A stretch of 64,000 nt of DNA from Spirochaetia bacterium. GTDB lineage: Bacteria; Spirochaetota; Spirochaetia; UBA9216. The translations under genes were made by a program, and so were the position numbers. Below are positions 50,775 through 59,830 of the stretch, piece by piece (within the stretch, counting starts at the first letter, position 1; each line of letters begins with the position of its first letter). Location: contig OZ223269.1 of the NCBI GenBank assembly GCA_965140585.1, forward strand, positions 1,216,001-1,280,000, read 5' to 3'. The notes beneath the pieces are model-generated. The model saw nothing but the letters and a program-made list of their open reading frames with translations. It ran no database searches and was not told the DNA's origin.

Positions 50775-51626
50775 ATGAAAGTAGCTGTAACAGGATCAAC
50801 AGGCCAACTTGGAAATCTTGTAATTGAAAAATTATTAGAAAGAACATCAGCTGAAAATATAATAGCTGTTGCGCGTAATACGGAAAAGGCAAAGGGTTTA
50901 ACAGAAAAGGGGGTTGAAGTGCGTCATGGAGATTATGATAATGCAGCTTCACTTGAAAAAGCTTTTAACGGTGTAGACAGGGTTCTTTTGATCTCTTCAA
51001 GTGAAGTCGGCAAAAGGGCTTCACAGCATAAAAATGTTATTGACGCAGCAAAAAAAGCAGGTGTTTCGCAGATTGTGTACACAAGCATCACCAAAGCCGA
51101 CACAAGTACCAATCCGCTGGCTCCTGAGCATAAAGAGACGGAAAGTTACATTAAGTCATCCGGTCTGGCCTACACGATTGTTCGCAACAACTGGTACACC
51201 GAAAACTATGTCAGTTATATTGATGGAGCAAAGACATTCGGTCAGGTGGCTGCAGCAGCAAAAAACGGTAAGGTAGCAAGTGCCTCCCGGGAAGATTACG
51301 CGGAGGGGGCTGCAGCAGTGCTGCTTGGTGAAGGACATGCCGGAAAGACATATGAATTCGGCGGAGACCATGCATTTGATTATAAAGAACTTGCTTCGAC
51401 AATCGGCGATATCATTGGAAAAGAGGTTCCCTACGTTGAGGTCAGTGAAAAGGATGTAACAGAAATGCTGAAGAGCTCAGGAATGGATGAGGGCACAGCC
51501 GGTTTTTATGCAATGCTGGATACCAGTATTTCAGAAGGAACTCTTGAATACAGCAATGGTAATCTGACAAAAATCATAGGCCGTCCTACCACAACGCTTA
51601 AAGCTGTTCTTAGTGCGTACGCTTAG
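50775..51626 (+). CDS. NmrA-like SDR, NAD(P)H:quinone oxidoreductase (YtfG/QorB-like)
   Basis: VTGSTGQLG, GDYD, LLISSSEVG-R--QH-NVI-AA, EH--TE, RN-WY-EN. Confidence 0.88.
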   Translation: MKVAVTGSTGQLGNLVIEKLLERTSAENIIAVARNTEKAKGLTEKGVEVRHGDYDNAASLEKAFNGVDRVLLISSSEVGKRASQHKNVIDAAKKAGVSQIVYTSITKADTSTNPLAPEHKETESYIKSSGLAYTIVRNNWYTENYVSYIDGAKTFGQVAAAAKNGKVASASREDYAEGAAAVLLGEGHAGKTYEFGGDHAFDYKELASTIGDIIGKEVPYVEVSEKDVTEMLKSSGMDEGTAGFYAMLDTSISEGTLEYSNGNLTKIIGRPTTTLKAVLSAYA

Positions 51627-51652
51627 GACCTGATTAACCAAAATTTTTAGAT

Positions 51653-51686
51653 AAAAAAAGGATTCATCTTTTAAGATGAATCCTTT
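51653..51686. terminator. Terminator between the oxidoreductase and tRNA-Gly
   Basis: AAAGGATTCATCTT-tt-AAGATGAATCCTTT with a flanking A-run. Confidence 0.8.
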
Positions 51687-51694
51687 AAAATCTA

Positions 51695-51766
<72 letters not shown>

Positions 51767-51778
51767 GTTGTAGGTAGA

Positions 51779-51807
51779 TTTATAACAAAATCATAAATTC
51801 TTGTCAA
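51779..51807 (-). promoter_or_regulatory. Putative sigma70 promoter of tRNA-Gly
   Basis: TTGACA-N17-TATAAA. Confidence 0.7.
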
Positions 51808-51872
51808 CCATATTTCTTGATTTCATGCGTGTATTTACTATAATTAAAATGATCTTCTTAGAGGGTTTAATT

Positions 51873-52043
51873 ATGGAAGAAAATGATGGACTTTCCTTTA
51901 AAAAAGAAGAGATTATTAAAAAGATCAACAGATTAGAATCAACGGCAAAATCAACACTGGATCCTTCAAGAATTGAAGAAATACAGGATGAAATAAGAGC
52001 TCTTGAAACTGATTTAGCTAATGTCAGAAATAGATATGAATAA
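51873..52043 (+). CDS. Small coiled-coil hypothetical protein (56 aa)
   Basis: GAGGG RBS; MEENDGLSFKKEEII...helical hairpin. Confidence 0.6.
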   Translation: MEENDGLSFKKEEIIKKINRLESTAKSTLDPSRIEEIQDEIRALETDLANVRNRYE

Positions 52044-52094
52044 AAAAAGGGGCCGACCAGGTTTTATGTTCCCTGCTCAAGCCCCTCTGCAATA

Positions 52095-52316
52095 CTAGGC
52101 AGACTTAAGGTTTCGATTCTCACCGAGTTTAATAAGATATCCTGTTCTTAAACAGGTCTCAAACAGCTCTCTGCTTAGAAAATCACGAACTTCTTTTCTG
52201 TAATTATCATTTTCATTGATGATCATGACGTCGTAACCGCCGTCTCTTTCGCCGAGGATGCTGAGATAATTTTTTATCTCGTCGCTGCTTTTTATTCTGT
52301 ATTGAACCATGTTCAC
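52095..52316 (-). CDS. Small hypothetical protein (about 72 aa)
   Basis: AGGAGG RBS; ...LSRELFETCLRTGYL... Confidence 0.7.
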   Translation of the reverse strand: MNMVQYRIKSSDEIKNYLSILGERDGGYDVMIINENDNYRKEVRDFLSRELFETCLRTGYLIKLGENRNLKSA

Positions 52317-52342
52317 AGCCTCCTGATCGTATTCTTATTAAT

Positions 52343-52369
52343 AAATCGGTATTTTAAAATTTCACCTTA
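52343..52369 (-). promoter_or_regulatory. Putative sigma28 promoter
   Basis: TAAG-N15-ACCGATTT; context CCTAA-G...AAATACCGA is shared with the flaB promoter. Confidence 0.6.
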
Positions 52370-52440
52370 GGTTTTTCTAAAGATATTATGCAGTCCATGC
52401 AGGCACTTTACTGTATAAGGACTGTCTATTAGTATTACCC

Positions 52441-52737
52441 ATGGAGGCAGCAGTGACTGTTAAAGAACTACTAGAAGAATACGGCCTGGAAATTGATGAT
52501 ATACGTTGGTACTGCAGCGTCCTGCAGGCGAATCGGCTGATAAGCTTTGCTGATGATCAGGATGAACTTGTACGGCAAATTTGGAGCGGCAGATTATCCG
52601 ACGATCTGCACAACATGGAAGAAAAATTTCTCGAAGCACTCGAAGATCAGTGGGAACGGGATGTCACAGATGAAAGCGGACTTAGGGAGATCATGGCAGA
52701 TGCATATGCAATGAAAAACAAGCGGAGCTGGAAATAA
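52441..52737 (+). CDS. Hypothetical acidic protein
   Basis: 98-aa ORF (may start at GTG 52453 after GGAGG). Confidence 0.7.
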   Translation: MEAAVTVKELLEEYGLEIDDIRWYCSVLQANRLISFADDQDELVRQIWSGRLSDDLHNMEEKFLEALEDQWERDVTDESGLREIMADAYAMKNKRSWK

Positions 52738-52783
52738 TCTGATAAGGGGGCGTACATAAGAACCACCCCCTAATCTATTGTCT

Positions 52784-53839
52784 TTATTTCACTCTTTTAC
52801 TGTAAAGAGAATAATCAGTACCGGTTGAATCGATAAATGTAAATGTCCCTATAGCATCAACATCCAATCTGGAAAAACCACTAATCGTAGAATCTTCGAT
52901 CCATCCGCTTCCATCCTCGTAGTTCTGTAAATCAAGTCTGTAGGACGAACCCGAAACTGCAGCCCCTGTTACAAACTGCGGCAGCTTAAAAGAAGTATAC
53001 AATCCATCCCAGTTTGCTGTTCTACCAATAAAAAAACTGCCTCCGTCATCGAAAACAAGTGTCATCGTCATTGTGTTCTTCTCATTGTAGAAATCAGCGC
53101 TTTCAGCAGTGAGGTATGATACATCTTCTGCTACAATATATGTTTCAGATGTCAAATCCTGATTAACAGCCAGATAAAGCGGCAAATAGCTTATCCCGAT
53201 AACCGGCGTACCTGCAGGAAAGTATGATGAGTTTTCCTGGTGCCACGAATCAACGAATCCGTTCCTGGTTGAATCCTGACCATCCCAGTAATACGCCACC
53301 TGAAAAGTATCAACAAGAAGTGAAATATCAAGCGGAGTTTCACCTGTGAAGGTAGTCATTTCCTGTAGAAATGTCGTCTCGGACTGTTCACCGTCATCCC
53401 CCGGATAATAGAGGTAGGAAATCGATAAATAACCGTAATCTGAAGGTTCACTCCAGGTTGCGCCGGACAGAGATTTTATACCGGATGCGGAAGTATAAAT
53501 ATGCACATTGTCTCCTGAAAAAAAAGTATGCCCTTTTATGCCTACACCGCCGCTGAGCCAGATGTTGATAGTATCAAACATTAGTTCACTTACACCGAAC
53601 TCAAGCCTTATTGTAGCTGAATCTGAAAAGACATCACTTAGATCTCCAGTAAGATCGACATCCTGATCAACTGAAATTGATCCTATAGTGGCTGAATCTC
53701 CATATCCCTGTGCAAAACGAATTTCATCTATGTGAACCCTTATACCATCTACTTCCAGCATCTGAAATCCGGTTTCTCCAAAAACCATTGGAAGTGTTAT
53801 GATTAGAAGTAATCCTAAAATGAACAGTAACTTTTTCAT
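52784..53839 (-). CDS. Secreted beta-rich hypothetical protein
   Basis: Signal peptide MKKLLFILG; acidic, aromatic-rich body. Confidence 0.75.
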   Translation of the reverse strand: MKKLLFILGLLLIITLPMVFGETGFQMLEVDGIRVHIDEIRFAQGYGDSATIGSISVDQDVDLTGDLSDVFSDSATIRLEFGVSELMFDTINIWLSGGVGIKGHTFFSGDNVHIYTSASGIKSLSGATWSEPSDYGYLSISYLYYPGDDGEQSETTFLQEMTTFTGETPLDISLLVDTFQVAYYWDGQDSTRNGFVDSWHQENSSYFPAGTPVIGISYLPLYLAVNQDLTSETYIVAEDVSYLTAESADFYNEKNTMTMTLVFDDGGSFFIGRTANWDGLYTSFKLPQFVTGAAVSGSSYRLDLQNYEDGSGWIEDSTISGFSRLDVDAIGTFTFIDSTGTDYSLYSKRVK

Positions 53840-53848
53840 ATCCTGCTC

Positions 53849-53971
53849 CTAATCCAGCTTTTCAATTGTAAGTGTTGCTTCAACTGTTTTTCCAAACAGT
53901 GAACATGAATAAATCCCTGTGCTTATTACTATCAGCACAGCAATCAGAATGAAATAAATTAGCCGTTTCAT
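53849..53971 (-). CDS. 40-aa lipoprotein or lipoprotein remnant
   Basis: GGAGG RBS; MKRLIYFILIAVLIVISTGIYSCSLFGKTVEATLTIEKLD*. Confidence 0.55.
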   Translation of the reverse strand: MKRLIYFILIAVLIVISTGIYSCSLFGKTVEATLTIEKLD

Positions 53972-54138
53972 TGAGGCCTCCCGGTTTGACTAATTTCATA
54001 TACTTATTGAATCAGTCAGGTATTATATAATCCTATGAACTCGGCAAACTGAAATCAATATTTTGAATAAATGTTTGTTTTGATAATACTGATCTGCTAT
54101 AATTATATATTATCTAAATAATTATAAATGAGGTTCAT

Positions 54139-54960
54139 ATGGAAATACTGAACAGTAAAAAGCTTTTGCTCGTTGAAGATGAGGCATTTATACAGCTCAG
54201 TACAATAAATGAACTTAAAAATTATGGATACAATGTCCAGGGTGTTTTTTCCGGAGAGGAGGCAATTGATTTCGTAAACCTCAAGGGTAATGATATAGAT
54301 CTGGTTCTGATGGATATTAATCTGGGCCAGGGAATTGAAGGGACTGTCGCTGCTCAAAAGATACTTGAAATCCGACAGCTTCCGATTGTTTTTGTCTCAT
54401 CTCACACAGATCCGGAAATCGTACAAAAAACTGAATCTATTACCAGTTATGGTTACATTGTAAAGAATTCCTGTTATAAAGTTTATGATGCATCCATCAA
54501 AATGGCTTTCAAACTTTTTAATGCGCATCTTGAGAATCTTAGAATTGAGAAAATCCTGAAATCATCCATTGAAACTCTTGATGATTCGGTTTTTATATCA
54601 GACAGCACCGGTAATATAATTCAGTTTAATGATGCATTTGCAAAATTTCAAAAATTCGAAAACAAATCACAATGTATAGATACACTTGAAAAGTATCCGG
54701 ATTTTTTTGAAGTCTATACGGCAGATGGAGAGTTTGCCCCTCTTGAAAAATGGGCCCTAACTCAGGCTTTAAGAGGCATTTCAGGCAAGGATGTGAAATA
54801 CTACATAAAACGGAAAGATACTAAAGAAGTCTGGATTGGTGATTACAGTTTTGAACCTATCAGAGATGATTCTGATGAAATAATAGGGGCTGTTGTAGTC
54901 TGCAGGGAAACTACTCAAAATTATCCTGAAGATCAAATTCTGAAAAAACTGAGTAATTAA
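54139..54960 (+). CDS. Response regulator receiver + PAS domain protein
   Basis: LLVEDE, DLVLMDI, YGYIVK; PAS (D-VFISD--G-I--FN-AF...PIRD...IIGAVVV-R). Confidence 0.88.
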   Translation: MEILNSKKLLLVEDEAFIQLSTINELKNYGYNVQGVFSGEEAIDFVNLKGNDIDLVLMDINLGQGIEGTVAAQKILEIRQLPIVFVSSHTDPEIVQKTESITSYGYIVKNSCYKVYDASIKMAFKLFNAHLENLRIEKILKSSIETLDDSVFISDSTGNIIQFNDAFAKFQKFENKSQCIDTLEKYPDFFEVYTADGEFAPLEKWALTQALRGISGKDVKYYIKRKDTKEVWIGDYSFEPIRDDSDEIIGAVVVCRETTQNYPEDQILKKLSN

Positions 54961-55021
54961 ATAAAAGACAAAAAAACCGGAGCTGTAATGCCCCGGCTTA
55001 TTATCTATTACGACATGGAAA

Positions 55022-56764
55022 TTATCCGCAGATTTTTTCAATATCCGCTTTTATCGCATCAATCTTTGTACCTGCAATTTTAATTGCATCTGATTTTGCA
55101 ATGCCTTTCTCTGTACATACAGAGGCATAAAACTTAATCTTTGGTTCCGTGCCTGAGGGCCTTGCTGTAACTATCGTATCATCTGCAAGGATGTACTGAA
55201 GAACATTCGAAACAGGAAGGTTAATTTTTCCTGATTCTTTACCTGCTCCATCATATTCAGTGCTGTTCTGATAATCCTTTATGAGGGTGACAGAGGAATC
55301 TCCGATTTTTGACGGTGGATTTTCACGTAAACCAGTCATTATAGACTTTATTTTTTCAACTCCCTGCTGCCCCTTGTAGGTTTTAGAAACCATGGTTTCT
55401 TCAAAATATCCGTACTTGCTGTAGATATCATCAAGAAGATCAAGCAGACTCATCCCCTTCTCGCGGTAAACAAGGGCCATTTCGGCGGTAAGAACGGCTG
55501 AAGAAACCGCGTCCTTATCCCTTACCTCCGTCTCTGTAAGGTAACCGTAGCTCTCTTCCCCGCCGAATACATAATTTTCGCCGGTTGATTCAAACTCCCT
55601 GAGTTTCTCACCTATGTACTTGAAGCCGGTCAGAACATTGTAGACCTTCGCTCCGTAGGCTGCAGCAATTCGAGCCTGAAGTTCAGTAGTTACAATGGTT
55701 TTTATAAGAACTGGATTCGACGGAACAGCGTCTTTTTCCTTAAGTCCGGAGAAGCGGTACTCGGACAGCAGCGAACCAAGCTGGTTGCCGGTGATAAGCT
55801 GCATTTTACCATCTTTTCCGGGAACTGCGATTCCCAGCCTGTCGGCATCCGGGTCTGTACCCAGAACAAGATCAGCACCTATTTTTTCACCCAGTTCACA
55901 TGCAAGCTTCATTGCCGATGCTTCTTCAGGGTTCGGATAATCCACTGTAGGAAAATTGCCGTCCGGCTCACGCTGTTCGGGAACGGTTACTACTTCAATG
56001 CCAATTTCACTCAGTGTACGTTCAACAAGCATGGTACCCGTTCCGTGAAGCGGTGTATAAACGACTTTCAGATCTTTTCCCTTCTCCTTTAGCAGTTCCG
56101 GATACAGGAAATATTTCTTTATCATTGAAATGAATTTATCATCAATCTCACTGTCTATATAAACCAGCAGTCCCTTTTCAAGTGCATCTTTTTCACTGAT
56201 TGATTCAGGAACCTTTGAGACTTCCCTGACCTTCTTTATAATCGAAGAATCATGCGGAGGAACAATCTGACCCCCGTCCTCCCAGTAAACCTTGTAGCCG
56301 TTGTACTCCGGCGGGTTATGACTTGCTGTTACAACGATACCGGCGGTAGCGCCTAATTCTCTTACCGCGAAGGAAAGCTCAGGTGTAGGACGCAGTGAGC
56401 TGAAAAGGTAGACCTTGATTCCGTTTGTACAGAGAGTAAGCGCCGCTTCCTTTGCAAAGGTCTCTGAGAAATTTCTGGAATCATAGGCTATTGCGACACT
56501 GCCGCTGCCGCCCTTCTGTTCGGTAATATAGTCGGCAAGCCCCTGGGTGGCTTTACGGACTGTGTAGGCATTCATCCGGTTATAACCGCCGCCGATTACT
56601 CCGCGAAGACCTCCGGTTCCGAAGCCGAGATCGGTGTAAAACCTGTCATTAAGTTCATTCTGGTCATTTTTTTCTATTACTTTTTTAAGGTCCTCGAGGA
56701 AGTAGGGATGACGTTCGAGGGAAAGATATTCCTCTGCCTTAACTTTTAATTCATCAGGATTCAT
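55022..56764 (-). CDS. Phosphohexomutase (phosphoglucomutase/phosphomannomutase)
   Basis: FGTGGLRG, TASHNP, DPDADR, GEESYG, RPSGTEPKIK. Confidence 0.93.
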   Translation of the reverse strand: MNPDELKVKAEEYLSLERHPYFLEDLKKVIEKNDQNELNDRFYTDLGFGTGGLRGVIGGGYNRMNAYTVRKATQGLADYITEQKGGSGSVAIAYDSRNFSETFAKEAALTLCTNGIKVYLFSSLRPTPELSFAVRELGATAGIVVTASHNPPEYNGYKVYWEDGGQIVPPHDSSIIKKVREVSKVPESISEKDALEKGLLVYIDSEIDDKFISMIKKYFLYPELLKEKGKDLKVVYTPLHGTGTMLVERTLSEIGIEVVTVPEQREPDGNFPTVDYPNPEEASAMKLACELGEKIGADLVLGTDPDADRLGIAVPGKDGKMQLITGNQLGSLLSEYRFSGLKEKDAVPSNPVLIKTIVTTELQARIAAAYGAKVYNVLTGFKYIGEKLREFESTGENYVFGGEESYGYLTETEVRDKDAVSSAVLTAEMALVYREKGMSLLDLLDDIYSKYGYFEETMVSKTYKGQQGVEKIKSIMTGLRENPPSKIGDSSVTLIKDYQNSTEYDGAGKESGKINLPVSNVLQYILADDTIVTARPSGTEPKIKFYASVCTEKGIAKSDAIKIAGTKIDAIKADIEKICG

Positions 56765-56888
56765 AATTTAATCTCCTTACTTATTCATTATAAAGAAGAG
56801 AACAGACAGCTTCAACAAGGTTTCAGTTCTGAAAATATTCTCTGCATATCACTTGATCATAACGCTTTTAAATATATCATATCAGGAC

Positions 56889-58049
56889 ATGGGTAAACTG
56901 AAAATTTTATTTATTGAACCTTTTTATGGCGGTTCGCACAAGGATTTTACTGACGGATATATAAACTGCAGCAGGCACGATATTGAACTGGTAACTTTGC
57001 CTTCAAGATACTGGAAGTGGCGTATGCGGGGCGCGGCACTTCATTTTGCCCATACTGTAGAAAATCCGGTAGTGTATGACCTGCTTCTCACCTCAGATAT
57101 GATGAGCCTTTCGGATCTTAAGATGATGTGGGGAAACAGATGCCCGCCGGCTGCAGTTTATTTCCATGAGAATCAGCTTTCATATCCCCTTCCCGAAGGT
57201 GAAAAAATGGATTATCAGTTCGGATTCACCGATATTACAACAGCCCTTGCTGCTGATCGTTTGATATTCAATTCCCATTTTCACATGAACAGCTTTGTCG
57301 ATGGCCTGACTCCTTTTATAAGAAAGATGCCGGAATATAAACCACTATGGGTCGTAGATCTGATTAAGCAGAAATCCCGGGTTGCCTACCCCGGCTGCAA
57401 TTTTCCGGAAAATAAAGACTCATTGCAGTCGGAGTCAGCCGCTGCTGGAACCTTATCTCCCGACGAAAAAAAGATTCCTTCTATACTCTGGAACCACCGC
57501 TGGGAATTTGACAAATGCCCGGAGGTATTCTTTGCAGCCCTGAAAAAAGCCGATACCGCACTAAAACAACATGGATATGAGAATCCGTTTAACCTGATTA
57601 TTCTTGGTGAGAACTTCCAGGCTCAGCCGAAGGCTTTTAATGAAGCGAAGGAATTCTACGGTGATCGGATTCTTCAGTTCGGATTTGCCGAATCAAAGGC
57701 TGAGTATTTTCGTCTAGTGAGCGAATCCGACATAGCTGTCAGTACATCAATTCAGGAAAACTTCGGAATCTCAGTGATTGAGGCAGTTAGATACGGATGT
57801 TTTCCGCTGCTACCAAAACGCCTGAGCTACCCCGAACTCATTCCGCAGAATCTGCACAAACAAGTGCTTTATAATAATGATGCTGAACTAGCTGAAAAAC
57901 TGATTAATCTTATTCCTGAATATCATTCCGGAGAAATCTCAGAAAAAACTGTAAAGCTGCTGAGTCAGTTGACAGAAACAGGGGCATCCTATGCCTGGAC
58001 CAAAAGGGCGCCTGTTATTGATGACATTATAGAGGAAATAACCGTTTAA
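56889..58049 (+). CDS. DUF3524/GT4-type glycosyltransferase, homolog of eukaryotic GTDC1/QTMAN
   Basis: EPFYGGSH, LP-RYWKWRMR, YFHENQL-YP, FNSHF, WNHRWEFDK-PE-FF, ENFGISVIEA, LSYPE. Confidence 0.85.
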   Translation: MGKLKILFIEPFYGGSHKDFTDGYINCSRHDIELVTLPSRYWKWRMRGAALHFAHTVENPVVYDLLLTSDMMSLSDLKMMWGNRCPPAAVYFHENQLSYPLPEGEKMDYQFGFTDITTALAADRLIFNSHFHMNSFVDGLTPFIRKMPEYKPLWVVDLIKQKSRVAYPGCNFPENKDSLQSESAAAGTLSPDEKKIPSILWNHRWEFDKCPEVFFAALKKADTALKQHGYENPFNLIILGENFQAQPKAFNEAKEFYGDRILQFGFAESKAEYFRLVSESDIAVSTSIQENFGISVIEAVRYGCFPLLPKRLSYPELIPQNLHKQVLYNNDAELAEKLINLIPEYHSGEISEKTVKLLSQLTETGASYAWTKRAPVIDDIIEEITV

Positions 58050-58178
58050 ACTTCAACATTACAAAATTGTAATGAACATCTGAGGTCTTTTTTTAAATCC
58101 GCCCTTGATCAAAGCTATAAAGCTAAGTAACTTTTTTATGATTCAATAAAATAAATACCATCTTTCAAGAGGCTGACT

Positions 58179-59114
58179 ATGATTAGTATTGAAAATCTTG
58201 TAAAGGAGTACGGCCAGACCAGAGCTGTTAGCGGCATCAACTTTGAGATACCGTCAGGCCAGGTCCTGGGACTGCTCGGTCCCAACGGTGCCGGTAAAAG
58301 TACAACTTTAAGGATCCTCACAGGATATCTGCAACCGACCTCCGGAACTATAAAAGTAAATGGAATTGATGTTACAGAGAATCCTGTCGAGGTAAAGAAA
58401 CTTATCGGATATCTTCCGGAATCCGCTCCGCTTTATCCGGACATGCTTGTTTTTGACTATCTAAACTATTCTTCCGATCTCCGTGGACTTGATAAGGACA
58501 TGAAAAAGAAAAGAATCCGTGAACTTGCAGGACTCTGCGGAATCGGTGATGTAATGCACAAACCCATACGGACTCTTTCCAAGGGATATAAACAGAGGGT
58601 CGGACTTGCCCATGCACTCATGGATGATCCGGAAATCCTGGTGCTTGATGAACCTACATCGGGACTGGATCCGAACCAGATCGTTGAAATCAGATCAATT
58701 ATCAAGGATATCGGAAAGGAAAAGACCATAATCTTTTCTACCCATATTCTCAGTGAAGCGGAAGCTGCATGCAGCCGTGTAGTTATCATCAACAAGGGAA
58801 ATGTTGCTGCAGACGGTCCGGTAGAAATGCTGAAGAGCGGCGAAAAGAATCGCCAGGTTATCGAACTCACAGTTAAGGGCGGCGACAAGGCCGAAGATCT
58901 GAATAATCTTTTCAGCGGTTCTGAGCTGTATTCGATTAACGACACCGTTTCCGCAACCGATTCAGTTACTGTTAAGCTGGCCTGCAGCGGCGACCAGCGC
59001 GAAGCCGTTTACGGACGGATCAAGGATTCTGATCTTGTACTGCTGGAAATGGTTCAGCAGAAACAGACTCTTGAGAATATCTTCAGAGAACTTACCCGGG
59101 AGCAGAATGTATGA
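58179..59114 (+). CDS. ABC transporter ATP-binding protein (GldA-like)
   Basis: GPNGAGKST, IGYLPE--PLY, LSKGYKQRVGLA, LDEPTSGLDPNQ. Confidence 0.92.
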   Translation: MISIENLVKEYGQTRAVSGINFEIPSGQVLGLLGPNGAGKSTTLRILTGYLQPTSGTIKVNGIDVTENPVEVKKLIGYLPESAPLYPDMLVFDYLNYSSDLRGLDKDMKKKRIRELAGLCGIGDVMHKPIRTLSKGYKQRVGLAHALMDDPEILVLDEPTSGLDPNQIVEIRSIIKDIGKEKTIIFSTHILSEAEAACSRVVIINKGNVAADGPVEMLKSGEKNRQVIELTVKGGDKAEDLNNLFSGSELYSINDTVSATDSVTVKLACSGDQREAVYGRIKDSDLVLLEMVQQKQTLENIFRELTREQNV

Positions 59115-59821
59115 AAGCGAAATCAATAAATACTATTTTCAGACGGGAACTAAAGTCATTTCTGCTTTCCCCGGCTGCTTATATTGTTATGACAATCTAC
59201 CTGGCACTTACAGGCTGGTTTTTCTTCTCAACTTTCTTTCTTGCAGGACGCGCAGATCTGAGAAGTTTCTTCAGCATGATGCCTATTCTTTTTTCTTTTA
59301 CTATTCCGGCAATTACAATGAGGCTCTTCGCTGAAGAATACAGTACCGGCTCCTTCGAGATGCTTAAAACCCAGCCGGTAACAGGGGCTGATATTGTAGG
59401 CGGTAAATTTCTCTCCGCACTGGTTTTCATAATGATAATGATTGCGCCAACCCTTTTGTATGCAGTTTCGGTAAGCCTTGTTGGCAATGTTGATATGGGA
59501 CCGGTAATCGGCGGATACATCGGCTCGATACTGATGGCCGGAACCTATGCCTCAATCGGCATACTGGCTTCATCAGCAACAAGAAACCAGATAGTGGCTT
59601 TTATTATAAGCGCAGCGGTATGTATCTTCCTTTCGCTTATCGACCAGCTGATCTGGCTTATACCGGCCGGACTCGGCAAAGTGCTCTCACTTGCAGGAAC
59701 AGCCTATCATTTTTCAAACATATCCAAAGGAATCATAGACTCAAGAGACCTTATCTACTTTGTTTCTGTAACATTCCTTGCGCTCTACGGTTCCTGGCTG
59801 CTTAACCGGGAAAAGAGATAG
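59111..59821 (+). CDS. ABC-2 permease (GldF-like)
   Basis: REL-SF--SP-AY, PAITMRLFAEE--G--E-L-T-P, S--T-NQIVAF. Confidence 0.9.
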   Translation: MKAKSINTIFRRELKSFLLSPAAYIVMTIYLALTGWFFFSTFFLAGRADLRSFFSMMPILFSFTIPAITMRLFAEEYSTGSFEMLKTQPVTGADIVGGKFLSALVFIMIMIAPTLLYAVSVSLVGNVDMGPVIGGYIGSILMAGTYASIGILASSATRNQIVAFIISAAVCIFLSLIDQLIWLIPAGLGKVLSLAGTAYHFSNISKGIIDSRDLIYFVSVTFLALYGSWLLNREKR

Positions 59822-59830
59822 GAGAATACT

